Source: Phoronis australis
Taxonomy: Eukaryota > Animalia > Phoronida
Assembly: GCA_002633005.1 (NCBI GenBank)
Contig: NMRA01000371.1
Span: 365,572 to 429,571, forward strand
Length of the DNA stretch: 64,000 bases
Direction: 5' to 3'
Position 1 is the first letter of the stretch. The number at the start of each line of letters is the position of its first letter. The notes below the pieces were generated by a model, which did not search any database, was not told the origin of the DNA, and worked only from the letters and a program-made list of their open reading frames with translations. The translations under genes and the position numbers were made by a program. Positions 24,901 to 36,000 of the stretch are shown piece after piece.

Positions 24901-27870
24901 CTAAAAATGCACATTGACTAATGAGCTTGACCCTAAAACATCGCGTCCAAGAATCACAGAAAAAATATCAGATGAAACTATGTCTAACCTTATTAAAAGC
25001 ACGCCACAGAGAATCGCAAAACTAACAGTAGTTCTGAATGAGGTGAAACAATCAAATACTGGAACAAATGAAAAGTACTTAATCTTGCTGACCACTGTGA
25101 TCTTAAAGACTTGTCTCAAGCTTTTGAGACCCCTGGCCTCTCTCTTGGATAGCGACTAAAGCATCATATTGTCATTTCAATGAACAATGCTCTTTCGTAT
25201 CTACAGAGAGATACACACATCAAGGGGACAGTTACTGCTAGATTTGGACACCATAAAAGTCAAACTGAGTAAAAACCGGGCAATTCAAGAAAAAAAGTTG
25301 GCAAAACTATTTACCCCATGTAGCAAAGGTTGCATCTTACTTATTGGTCCTTGGCAAATTTAAGTTCACAGAGTTTAGATTGGCCTTTGCTATTCGCGGG
25401 AAAAGTTTTTGTCTATACTATTATTGCTGCCTCAACAACTTTCGGAACTCAAGAGTATAAGATAGAGGAGTGTTCCGACACGTGAATTCCGGCTTTGATG
25501 TCGAGTCGTAAAATGCCTCTCTAAATTACTAACCAATTGACTCTTGCCAAATGGTTTGGACGCTCAGCTCTCATGTGGGAAACCCTCCTTCAAGTCTCTG
25601 AGTCAGCAGATTTTTCTACACTACCACCAGCAGTACACAGGCGTCGCTCCGTGTTCCATATCAAGACCTATGTCAAGCACAGGCTTTATTGTAGATGTGC
25701 TTCCGGTGAATCATATGAGCCTCTGCTAGCCACTCGTTAATGGGGAAAAGCTTATTAGCAGAATGCTTAGCACGCTTGCCGATTTTATCAGGATCGCCGG
25801 TTCGATTCCCGGGAAGAGAAATTTCAGCAATTACAACAGTATCAACTGTGGATTGCATGCCAAGTGAACTGATCATAAGTACGATGTTGTATACCTAGTG
25901 GATTGTGCCTCCTCTCGTGAGAGCTGAGAGTCTGGTCGTCAGTTAAAAACCAGTTTACCTGTATTGATTGGCATAGAAAATCTGTGAGGCTTGGATCGTG
26001 GTCTTCAGCTGGATCTGAGCATGCTCAAGAACACATCATATCATTGACTGGGAGTCTGCTAGCATTTAAGACGGTGAGAACAGGTAGATTCCTCAACAAA
26101 TCAGGGATTAAAAGCTATCAACATCAGGCATTATACGCCCGATATAATATGACTGGGGTACTGGGATATAGGAGTTTCTCTATTATTTGTACAGAAAGAA
26201 CTTGTAGATTATGTTTTTTAGAATTAAAATGATTACTTATAGTATCAGAAATGTTTTTATGTATTATGTTAAATCTATGATTGTGAAACCGGGTTTGAAG
26301 GTTATGTTGAGTTTGTCCTACATATTGAATGGAACATTTTCTACATGTTGTTAGGTAAATGATATTGTTGGTAGTGCAGTCAGAGAAATTTCGAAGTGTT
26401 CATTGGTTTGAGAAGACTGGAAGGAAGTATTATCGTTGATAAAGTTACACATTTTACATCTAGATTTGTTACATTGTGTGTTGCCAATGGGTTTGTCAGT
26501 TTGTTTTTATAGTCCATATTTGCTCTAACTAAATAACTTTTTAAGCTTTTACATTTTCTCCAAGAAATTACAGTTGGATGAGGAAATAGGTTTTTCATTT
26601 GAGGGGAAATATGCAGTGGAACGATGCTTTATGAAGATGTGGCTAATTCCTTTTAAACATGGATTGAACATGGTTATGACAGGTATTCTACTAATAGTAT
26701 TATCGTTCACTTTTGTTCTTAAAGAATGATTGCTTGTGATTGAGTGGACAACTCTTTGTGTATAAGATGTAAGGGGAAATGGTGTTGAAGTAAGTAATGT
26801 TTGAGTTCTTTTAAACGGTTATTAAAGGCAGTTTCTTCTAAACAAACGCGTCGAATTCTAAGAGCAAGACTATATGGAGGGCTTTTCTTACACTGACAGG
26901 GATGACATGAGTGATATGACAGATATTAGTGTTCGTCAGTTTCTTTACAGAAAAAATCCGTTTCTAGTTTATCATTATTAAGGATTATGACAGTGACATC
27001 TAAAAATTTTATTTTGAGAAATGTCATTAGTGAACTTTATTGTGGGGTGAAATTTGTTAATATTATCTAAGAATACATTTTCTGATTTCATGAAATCCTA
27101 GTGCATTTGCTACCAGAGCAGTCAGCACGTCAAACACGCACTTCAATTACAACAGTAAGTAATTAGACGGAAGTCAGTAGCGTTCAGCAAAAATTGGCAA
27201 GATCAGTAAAATATGCACAACTAATGTATATGATTGTCTGGGTTCCTGATTTAGAGAATCAGGAAATCACTGAATAATGGGCCCGTTAACTGGTTCTTTA
27301 AATCATTGACTGCAATATCCGACCAGTGCCTACAGCCTCTACTGACTACTGAGCCAGCTAGAGACGATGGACACTGTCTAATGAGAATGGGACACGGTAC
27401 ACGATTGTACAACGTCAACGGTTTCTACTTCGGATCAGCAAACTTAGATTTCATTTGGTCACCATAATAATATGCTTCTATCCGGGCAGTAAGATACGGC
27501 TAAAAGAACCCCTCCTACTATGGATTTTACCAAGCTGATGAACAATTTTGAACATATCCTGTAGAACTATAGTTTGGTTATTCCAACTGAAATTACTGTC
27601 ATGTCCCATCCACAACCGGAAATTCACGACAACACCGCTTTCATTCGGCGTCTCGACGGTTTTGCCGGTGACTAGGGTGCCGATTGGAGGCTGCAGTTTT
27701 GCAAAAGCATACCGAAAATATAATAATTAAAACGATTAAACTACATGGAATCTTAACATTCTAAAACTTACATCTTTCTTTTTTGCTGCTGACACGTCTG
27801 AGGAGAGCAAGCACACAGCCACAACAACAGCAAAAACAACTAAATTCATTTCAGTGACAAGAGCCACCAT
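15910..27870 (-). CDS. TUSC3: Oligosaccharyltransferase oxidoreductase subunit, OST3/OST6 family (TUSC3/MAGT1-like), 11 coding exons, about 334 aa
   Basis: Exons 27772-27870, 23144-23313, 22494-22611, 21200-21282, 20573-20630, 19766-19906, 19364-19453, 18645-18708, 18054-18128, 17022-17112, 15910-15925 join in phase (1005 nt). Signal peptide, PPRNYS, thioredoxin-like [32 protein letters not shown]-terminus YPYSFLIK*. Confidence 0.96.
16515..16907. mobile_element. Dispersed element of about 390 bp, TTAA-flanked with AG...CT ends (Kolobok-like MITE); related copy at about 24079-24476
   Basis: Shared body (aagtag.ttgaaaat.gccaaatgtttttaagaa...gaataacactgcatgatg...acatctttaa) at both loci. Confidence 0.6.
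17022..17112 (-). CDS. TUSC3: TUSC3-like exon: [30 protein letters not shown]
   Basis: FFSxLLSxFRxKYxGYPY motif. Confidence 0.95.
18054..18128 (-). CDS. TUSC3: TUSC3-like exon: [25 protein letters not shown]
   Basis: TM helix; preceded by a U12 branch point. Confidence 0.93.
18129..18644 (-). other. U12-type (minor spliceosome) GT-AG intron
   Basis: 5' site GTATCCTTTT; branch point TCCTTAAC at 18141-18148, close to the AG; no polypyrimidine tract. Confidence 0.93.
18645..18708 (-). CDS. TUSC3: TUSC3-like exon: [21 protein letters not shown]
   Basis: YIHGSSQxQF motif; followed by U12-type donor GTATCCTTT. Confidence 0.93.
19364..19453 (-). CDS. TUSC3: TUSC3-like exon: [30 protein letters not shown]
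   Basis: Family signature sequence. Confidence 0.96.
19766..19906 (-). CDS. TUSC3: TUSC3-like exon: [10 protein letters not shown]...TSWGIAAL
   Basis: FRPPNYS motif plus first TM helix. Confidence 0.95.
20573..20630 (-). CDS. TUSC3: TUSC3-like exon: [19 protein letters not shown]
   Basis: GFAAEQ motif; splice sites. Confidence 0.93.
21200..21282 (-). CDS. TUSC3: TUSC3-like exon: [28 protein letters not shown]
   Basis: MNSAP motif; splice sites. Confidence 0.93.
22494..22611 (-). CDS. TUSC3: TUSC3-like exon: [16 protein letters not shown]...[12 protein letters not shown]
   Basis: Conserved sequence and splice sites. Confidence 0.95.
23144..23313 (-). CDS. TUSC3: TUSC3-like exon: [10 protein letters not shown]...[23 protein letters not shown]
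   Basis: CxxC motif; canonical splice sites. Confidence 0.95.
24079..24476. mobile_element. Second copy of the TTAA-flanked element
   Basis: Homologous to 16515-16907. Confidence 0.6.
26100..27080 (-). mobile_element. Degenerate Penelope-like retroelement (RT C-terminal part plus GIY-YIG endonuclease)
   Basis: Minus-strand translation gives [61 protein letters not shown], then [23 protein letters not shown]...TRFHNH; contains frameshifts and stops. Confidence 0.88.
27772..27870 (-). CDS. TUSC3: TUSC3-like first coding exon (signal peptide) [33 protein letters not shown]
   Basis: aacATGG start, hydrophobic core, VSA-type cleavage site, KKKD|gtaagt phase 0 fits the next exon. Confidence 0.85.
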
Positions 27871-29593
27871 GTTGTCACTGAACCCCATTAATTATAATAT
27901 TTTAACAGCACATTGATAATTGATACAAAAATATACAATGCAAAGCTAATTTTAAAAAATATTTCTTCATACAAATAGTAGTTTTGTATGGCGTTTCAAC
28001 AAATTTGTGTTTTCTAAAAATTTTCTTTTGAGCATGATTACTTGGCAACACTGCTTGATCACGTGACTTACAAAAGACCGAAACTGATGGTGTGTGACAT
28101 CTTGATTTTAGCTGTTTTAGATTTTAGCAAGAATATGACGTGAGGTTCAGGTGAGTTCCATGTGAACACGTTATCATAATATTTATCAATTGTCGGTTTG
28201 TGCTGATGCTTGTTCTTGAACATGTATAAGATTTTATCAGTAGTGAGCATCTGGAGCACGTTGCAAGTGGCAGTAGCCTTGCACTGGCAGTGACGTTGGC
28301 ATTGACCACCGTCTCTTCAGCTAGAGACGGTGATTCCTATAGGAGCTTCGTACGCCAGAAGCTTTTCGGCAAGTTATGCCTCACACTGGTAATTGTTTAC
28401 AATATGACGACATTGACCTACACACATGATTTTGGTATCGTTCGATTCCTCGCAACATTATCTTTCCAAAAATATATGATGAATGTACCCTACACATAGT
28501 GTAGGGAGGACAACGTTTTTTTAATTTTTTTTACAATACCCATGTGTCATACATTTTTGAAAAGCCCTTGGTGTGAGAAATGAAATGATACAAAAATCAG
28601 AAAAATTGGATGAGCGGTTGACGAGAAAATGGCCGTTGAAACTCGACGATTATGCGTAAAATATCTGCCTTTTTACATAATTTCGTAAAAAATAAAAGAA
28701 TATACATGCGCTGCATATAAAAAGATTCGTCTAATTGAGACAAACATGGTGGTATGTGTTATATAAAATTTGGATCGATTTCTACAGAGATATTGCTGTT
28801 TAAGTGTGTTGTTATAGCATATAGAACAGGCTCATCATGTTTGATGAAAACAATGGATTACACAGCTTAAAAGATAAAGAGCAAAGACACCACATCAGCT
28901 CAGAAATAAATACATCTAAGCTAGGAGGAAATTTCACATCAAATCACAAGATCACATTGGTGGATTTGGGGGGGCAAGGGGGCNGTAATTAGACGGAAGT
29001 CAGTAGCGTTCAGCAAAAATTGGCAAGATCAGTAAAATATGCACAACTAATGTATATGATTGTCTGGGTTCCTGATTTAGAGAATCAGGAAATCACTGAA
29101 TAATGGGCCCGTTAACTGGTTCTTTAAATCACTGACTGCAATATCCGACCAGTGCTTACAGTCTCTTCTGACTACTGAGCCAGCTAGAGATGATGGACAC
29201 TGTCTACTGAGAATGGGGCACGGTACACGATTGTACAACGGTTTCTACTTCGGATCAGCAAACTTAGATTTCATTTGGTCACCATAATTCTAAATGCTTC
29301 TTGCCGGGCAGTAAGATACGGCTAAAAGAACCCCTCCAACTATGGATTTTACCAAGCTGATGAACAATTTTGGACATATCCTGAAGAACTATAGTTTGGT
29401 TATTCCAACTGAAATTACTGTCATGTCCCATCCACAACCGGAAATTCATGACAACACCGCTTTCATTCGGCGTCTCGACGCTTTCGCCGGTGGCTAGGGT
29501 GCCGCTTGGAGGCTGCAGTTTTGCAAAAGCATACCGAAAATATAATAATTAAAACGATTAAATTACATGGAATCTTAACATTCTAAAACTTAC

Positions 29594-29692
29594 ATCTTTC
29601 TTTTTTGCTGCTGACACGTCTGAGGAGAGCAAGCACACAGCCACAACAACAGCAAAAAGAACTAAATTCATTTCAGTGACAAGAGCCACCAT
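29594..29692 (-). CDS. TUSC3: Second copy of the TUSC3-like first coding exon (probable other haplotype)
   Basis: Identical to 27772-27870 except one V>L change; lies in the block duplicated across the N at 28984. Confidence 0.6.
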
Positions 29693-30312
29693 GTTGTCAC
29701 TGAACCCCATTAAATATAATATTTTAACAGTACATTGATAATTGATACAAAAATATACAATGCAAAACTAATTTTAAAAAATATTTATTCATAAAAATAG
29801 TAGTTTTGTATGACGTTTCAACAAATTTGTGTTTTCTAAAAACTTTCTTTTGAGCATGATTACTTGGCAACACTGCTTGATCACGTGACTTACAAAAGAC
29901 TGAAACTGATAGTGTGTGACATCTTGATTTTAGCTGTTTTAGATTTTAGCAAGAATATGACGTGAAGTTCAGGTGAGTTCCATGTGAACACGTTATCATA
30001 ATATTTATCAGTTGTCGGTTTGTGCTGATGCTTGTTCTTGAACATGTATAAGATTTTATCAGTAGTGAGCATCTGGAGCACGTTGTGAGTGGCAGTAAGC
30101 CTGGCACTGGCAGTGACGTTGGCAGTGACCACCGTCTCTTCAGCTAGAGACGGTGATTCCTATAGGAGCTTCGTACGCCGGAAGCTTTTCGGCAAGTCAT
30201 GCCTCACACTGGTAATTGTTTACAATATGACGACATTGACCTACACACATGATTTTGGTATCGTTCGATTCCTCGCAACGTTATCTTTCCAAAAATATAT
30301 GAATGTACCCTA

Positions 30313-31116
30313 CACATAGTGTACCTAATTATTGGACGGACCCTAAATATCGGACATTACATAAAATCTTACTTGAAGCATAATCTGAGAAATATATGAC
30401 ACAAATTTTTGTTCCGCTGTAATGCATTCAATGTCCGGCACTGTCTCGTTTTTTTCTAGCGGTGCCTCGTTTTAATTTTACCAAGAGAGGGTGCAATTTA
30501 GACCCCCAAGTCAGTCTAAAATTGACGATCGCATAAATCGGTTACAAAAGTTGAAAACAAAATCTTTTTCCACAATGAAATCATCTAATTGAACTAACAA
30601 TATGTCACTGTTTCATTTTTTCATTTGTTATTAAACTCAAGTCAAACCCCGGCCGCGCACGTGCATGTGTCATATCAAGAAGGCAAAGAGATACTAAAAA
30701 CTTTAATGAGTTTTCACGCGCTTTAGTCATCTGCACTGATTCATCGAAACGACTTGGTGTTGTCATCAGACTTCATGTTATGGATAATTTTGTTTGTGTT
30801 TTAGCAGCATATGTCAAAACACCCGAGCTGAAATTTGGCTACAAGGTGCCCGCAGCCATTATAGTCAGTTTTCCGCAGTGTGGCATATAGGGAAACATGG
30901 TGTCCGATATTTAGGTTCTCCGAAGGTTTGCTAGTTGTGTTTTTAAAGATCAGTCGGAACATAAATGATGTGGCTTTCGGTGACAAGATATATAACACAA
31001 CAATTCTATAAAGGTAAGCCTTTATTTCAGCAAAGAATTTACAACAATCCGTAGTATTTTCAATTAAATTTAATGTAAAATGTGCCAAAACGTCCGATAA
31101 TTAGGTCACTTGACTG
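30313..31116. mobile_element. Tc1/pogo-like MITE with TA flanks
   Basis: ta-cacatagtgtacctaattattggacg ... cgtccgataattaggtcacttgactg-ta; inner inverted pair cctaaatatcggaca / tgtccgatatttagg. Confidence 0.65.
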
Positions 31117-31684
31117 TACCGCGTTTTCTCCGTATTTTATCATGGAATTTTGGTTCACACTATTTCCCGGTTGACACCGCCATGTTTAGCTCAACTCAAG
31201 ATTATAGCGACTCCTGTTGTTAATGAATGAAACAGCATCATCGATTCTGAATGGTGTTTGCCCGTGCGAGATTCCCGCTAAAGTTTTCCTGACATAATAT
31301 GTAGGAACAATTAGCAGAATTCCACCTTTTCCAATTATTTAAAATTGTGACCATTTTTCCACGAAATTGTCTGAAGTGATACTGACTTTTCACCAATTTG
31401 GACCACAAAAACAACCTCTGTTTTTTTCGCGGATTCTTGTTAGCAGATTCGTACTAGGGTCGCCATAGGATCAAAGTCGATCTCTTGGGACCGTAACTCG
31501 GGCAGGGGATAGACGGTTCTCGGTCAGTTTGAACTTATGGAAAGTGACGATCTGCAGAAGTCGGTAGATTAGTCCAGTTTTTGACTGCCAGGAGACACCC
31601 TCAACTCAACATGGCGGTATTACTACCGAGTACCGGCAAATAGTGCGAGAAGAAATTTCATGATAAAATAAAGGGAACGGGGTA
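31117..31684. promoter_or_regulatory. Inverted-repeat element of about 75-bp arms with outward-facing AACATGGCGG (YY1-like) motifs between the divergent TUSC3-like and anoctamin genes
   Basis: 31117-31190 reverse-complements 31606-31684; locally CpG-richer; candidate 5'UTR donor gtaagt at 31761. Confidence 0.4.
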
Positions 31685-32649
31685 GGAAAAGTTTCTGTGT
31701 ATTTTTTGAAAGATAATATTATAACTTTGCAAGGAATCGAACGATACCAAAATCAGATGTGTAAGTCATTGTCGTCATATTGTAAACAATTGCCCTCACA
31801 CTGAATAAAACATTAAAGTCACGTTGTTATAAATACGCATAGAGGTACACATTAGGCTTAGGAGGCCATCGATTTGTTTAATTCCTTCCAACTTGAAGAA
31901 ATACTCCCGCTATCAAACTTTTTCTTCGAGCAGTTCTACGTTCAGTTCCCAAAATCGGCAACTGGCCATTTTTACACTGTGCACACCTGGAGATATGATG
32001 CCATACCAATCTGTTTTCACCGATTCTTCTGACCCTGACCATTCATTAACTAATTTCACAAGATTTCTTAATCTGCCGACACCGAAAGTAGTATGATTAA
32101 ACCAGTTTCATGTACTCATTGCCTATAACTTGTCAGTTCATTCTGCGACCTGACAATTCAAGATCACGTTGGTGGAGTAATGTTTTTAATTTCAAACCCC
32201 AATGCGAGCCAAGCACTTCAGTTAAGAAATCATCAACATTGACAGGTATAAACTGGCAAAATGTCTCTTTGAAATGCTGATAAAATATTGTGCCCAGGAG
32301 AATTTATTTTTTGCTGATACTATAGAAGTTCTGTCAATTTAGACTTCTTAATTACTTTTGTTATCTAAGTTTTAATGACCAGTTGCACCCAATTTACTAT
32401 TAATTGTGCACTTTTCCTAGCTAAGCGCAGAATTATTCATGTATCATTCTGAAAAGTAGAATTTCATGAAAATGAGGTCAGTAGCTTTGGGTTGATGCGC
32501 TTGTAACTCAGAACGTGATAAATGCCAACTTTTTTGCAGGCGTTTGCCATAAAGGATGTACATAACCTTCATGGTTGGGTCTCATTTATTTAGATGAGAA
32601 TCTCAAGGAGTAATATTCTTGGTTTCCAATCATCCGTACCTGTTTAATA

Positions 32650-33015
32650 ATGAATGGAGATATAGGGCGAGACAGTCTTCTTCTATCAGAATACTCATCC
32701 GGAAAACACAAGAAGAAGAGGAAGAAGAAGAAGCTAACGGCTTCAGATGAAGAAATTTTATGTGACCAAGTCAAAGAGTCCATTATGAACAATTTGTCAC
32801 AAATTGATTACGTCCTGGTGCATAGCGACAAACCTGCTGTTGAGGATGTTAAAGGAGATAAAAACCGTACTGAATTTGAGAGACTGCTTCAGAAGGAAGG
32901 TGTCGATGTGGAAAAGGAGGTTGTTAGTGGGTTGGTATTTTCAAAACTTCACGTGCCATTCTCCAGGCTGTGCAAAGAAGCTGAGCGTGTCAATTTACGC
33001 ATGCCTCTGAAGGGG
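32650..33015 (+). CDS. Anoctamin first coding exon (MNGDIG...IDYVLV...RMPLKG)
   Basis: Acceptor at 32539, ATG at 32650, DYVLV and FSKLHVPF motifs, GGG|gtaag donor. Confidence 0.9.
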
Positions 33016-36000
33016 GTAAGATTTAGTCTCAGTTTACATATCTCAAATCGGATAAATTGGCTATATTTTGTTGCAAGTAAATCATTTGCAATGAGTGAAC
33101 GGTTTCAAAAACGTTGTGTAAAGTTTGCCAGAAAGTGCTAGTTTTTAGTGTTATTTCACCCTTTTGAAGTACAAAGTCAAAAGGTGTAAAATTACTGTAT
33201 GGCTATGAGAAAATTATCTTCTCATAGTTTGATATTGGCCTTTTGACTTTTAATTGCAGTTTAGTGTAATATCACTTAATTGGCACAATAGACTGAAGCA
33301 AGATCCTTGATGGCTGATCAGATGGTTGTAGACTGGTGAACTAATGTATGTTATACTCTTTGTAATAGGGTGAAATTGATGATGAAGATGACATCTTGGG
33401 GTGCTGTGGAAAGATGGAAGACAAGTTATTTAACACCGACGATTCAGGTAGGCAGATATTGACAACTAGGGTAAAGATTCCACTAATTGGAACAAAAATA
33501 GTTGTTGAAATTGTCATTTTCCATTTTTCAAAACCTCACTTCATTGTTAACAAAAATCTCAAATTTCATTACTGGTTCACATCAGCTGCACAATTAACTG
33601 CACAAATAATGACTGTAGTTTTTTTCTGAAAATTAGCTTCTTTGAAAATAATATTTCGCTGTTCCATCATATTGTGTTATACATTGAAAGAACTTCACTT
33701 TGCAAACTGTTCTGTAAAATACTTGTTAACAGTCACGTGTGATTTGAACAGTATCTGATCAATCTAAGTGGACAGAAAAGACAGTTTAATGCGCTTTAAA
33801 ACATCAACAAAGCTTCACTTTTTTCTACTCCATTTGGTGAAAACTGAAATTAGGTTTGTTTTCTCATGTCCAACCGACTGTAAATACTAATTTGATGCCT
33901 AACAGATGATTTTAGTTTTAAATATGACATATTTGTTTCAACAGAAATAAGAGACCCCAAAAACTGAAAAGTGAAGAATTATTGAAACAATTTACCCACC
34001 TACCCACGTCGAAGCAGTGATGGTAGGGTGAATGAAAAATATTTCAATGTGTCATTATTCTATGTGAATCTGTGCTTTTAAATCTCAGTCTGAAACTGAT
34101 TCATTTGGTTCCTGCAATTTGAACAATGTTTTGCTCGACACGAGTGTCGTGAATGAGAACTGAGCAGTTTTAGACAATGAGAAAGTGTCACAGAACAACA
34201 CAGTGACTTAAAATTGCTCAACCATAACATGGTAGCAAACAGACTTCAACCCGTTGCGCAATGTACAGCTTTTGTTTACTCAGCTCATAGTGGCTTGTGT
34301 ACACAAACATTTCCAGGTACCATAGCTGCAGTGATATGTCTGTTTACATTCAATCTTGCGACTGTTTATATGTAGCTGAGTAAACTCAATCTGTACTTGA
34401 TTTTTCATTATTTTGTAAAATGCATTCCATTGGAGAGATAATCAACTAGGGTCCCATAAAAACAAAGTTTGCCACTATCAAAAGTTGTCATGTTGGCCTT
34501 TTTAATAATTGACCCATTGACTCTAGTATGAGTTGTTTGGTGTTGATTAATCAATTTTGGATTATTATATGTTGATCAAAAGGTTTAATTTGCAAACAGT
34601 TGGTTCAAATTAAAGTTTGATCATTAATTTAATCAATAATTATGCACTAGATGTTACACCCAATGCATCTGGCTCTGCTTTTAATCACTCGATGGTAATC
34701 TTTTTTGTGTTTGGATATTTAGATAATGACCACAGAAGAGTTTTTGAAGTTGTGACATTGCCAATGTTACTTGCTAATACTCAGTTGTATGTTACCACGT
34801 TTACCTCAGTCTCTACTTTCCATTCAAGTAGCCACCTCTAGCTTATTTATTTCTAATATCTCTGATAACTATTCAGGTATCGTTTATTTCTTACTTCATA
34901 CAAAAAGTCATTTAATAATAAAAATTGGTGTTAGATTATGGTTTCTCAGAACCCAAAAGTTTAGGGGGACCAGTAATTTGGTCATAATTTCATCCTCCCC
35001 CTCCACCCCATTGATACAGAATTCAACTAACACGCACAACTTTTCAAGTGGCGTCACTGCCTTCTCAAAGCTGAAAAAAATGCATGTATAACCTTCTCCA
35101 CACAAGCTCACTCAGTGGTTGATTGTGATTATTTTGTAATTCCCTGTGGATTCAATTATTAGTCAGGTGAACAGTGGTATCTTAGCAACTTTGATCATAT
35201 TACTCGGTTTCCATAGTAATCTCAAGGATTACTCTTTCCATTATTTTTATGTTGATCCTAAGGATATGTACTCTTACTTTCACAATAACATTCGTGTGCT
35301 ACTTTCAATTATGGATTAGTTTACACCTCATGTGCTATTTAATGGTGTTTCTTTCTCAAACAACCAAACCTACTTACGTCAAAAACACATCGTTTTGCCA
35401 GAGAAACGTACATTATAGTGACACTGTTACTTCATATTTTTGTTGATCTTGCCATGATCATTTTTACCATAGGAATAAAAATAAGTGTCATTGCACTGTT
35501 ATTTTGATATCAGTCGTTTATCTCTATAAATTGTCGCCCTGAAAAAGGCCAGTGTCCTTAATCATGGCGCGGTGCTTAATTTCCAAATATGGTGCAGATC
35601 CATGTTTCAATATGCATATATTAAAAACTCAACCTGTGGACTGTTCAACTGTTTGGTTTCTAAAAGTTTATGTTGGTAGCATTTTGCTATGAAATGTGCT
35701 ATCTACCATGTTATTGAGAACACTCTGATTTGCGTATTTTATACATTTCAAATAATATTATACTTGATTTTTTTCAGTTGATTTCATCAGTGCACCATTT
35801 ATCAGGGCTAAAATCCACCTGTTTGATGGTTATGAGAATGAAGAGACTTTTTTCAATCGATCTCTCAGAGCATTTTTGGTAAGCACTACAAAAGGGTCGT
35901 TCCAGATTACACAGTGGCACTCTAATCTCGCTGTATTTACCCACAATGCCCAAAACATCTGTCATCATGCCACTGCAGTTTCACATGTTATTTGTTAATT

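Larger units (their letters stand above)
27159..30323. repeat. Near-identical 1.35-kb direct duplication across a single N (27159-28503 vs 28985-30323), probable uncollapsed haplotypes
   Basis: Scattered SNPs and small indels; the second copy starts right after the N at 28984. Confidence 0.85.

Noticed and set aside
25740-25815. Possible tRNA gene (ggttcgattccc B-box)
   Set aside because: No convincing cloverleaf or acceptor stem; at most a SINE or tRNA relic
28068-30319. Duplicated small ORFs (MLQMLTTDKILY..., MTLALTTVSS...)
   Set aside because: No recognisable domain; repeated only because of the haplotype duplication
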